Below are positions 16,124 to 16,124 of a DNA stretch of 16,124 nt, piece after piece. Every line of letters starts with the position of its first letter. Positions within the stretch are counted from its first letter, which is position 1. The stretch is taken from positions 1 to 16,124 of the forward strand of contig JBDRHP010000103.1 in assembly GCA_043816785.1 (NCBI GenBank), given 5' to 3'. The notes under the pieces were generated by a model. It was not told where the DNA came from and did not search any database. It saw only the letters and a program-made list of their open reading frames with translations. The position numbers and the translations under genes are program-made. The DNA comes from Candidatus Margulisiibacteriota bacterium (GTDB lineage: Bacteria > Margulisbacteria > WOR-1 > O2-12-FULL-45-9).

Positions 16124-16124
16124 T

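Overview
Gene-dense bacterial chromosomal segment from a probable diderm organism, in three blocks. (1) 1-3459 (+) is a cell-surface cluster: the 3' end of a large extracellular-type protein, a secreted IPT/TIG protein ending in a FlgD-Ig/T9SS-like C-terminal domain (CTD), and a PorV/PorQ(UPF0164)-like beta-barrel fused to an Ig-like domain, three SLH and two LysM domains. (2) 3473-14159 (+) starts with an extended -10 promoter and tRNA-Arg(CCT), followed by a nearly gapless ~10.6 kb run: aroK, aroB, tyrS, an Fmt/ArnA-like formyltransferase, rfbD, a GT4 glycosyltransferase, gmd, an O-antigen-ligase/TPR protein and a WcaJ/WbaP-type initiating transferase. (3) 14165->16124 (-) is a convergent, 5'-truncated multi-Ig protein with an Asp-box and a second FlgD/T9SS-like CTD. 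The most interesting hypothesis (inference) is a non-canonical T9SS-like surface-display system: a cell-wall-tethered PorV-like barrel, CTD-bearing cargo and an adjacent glycan-transfer locus. From memory, this gene style resembles Ca. Saganbacteria/Margulisbacteria (WOR-1), but that is unverified. No mobile elements, CRISPR arrays or rRNA were seen.
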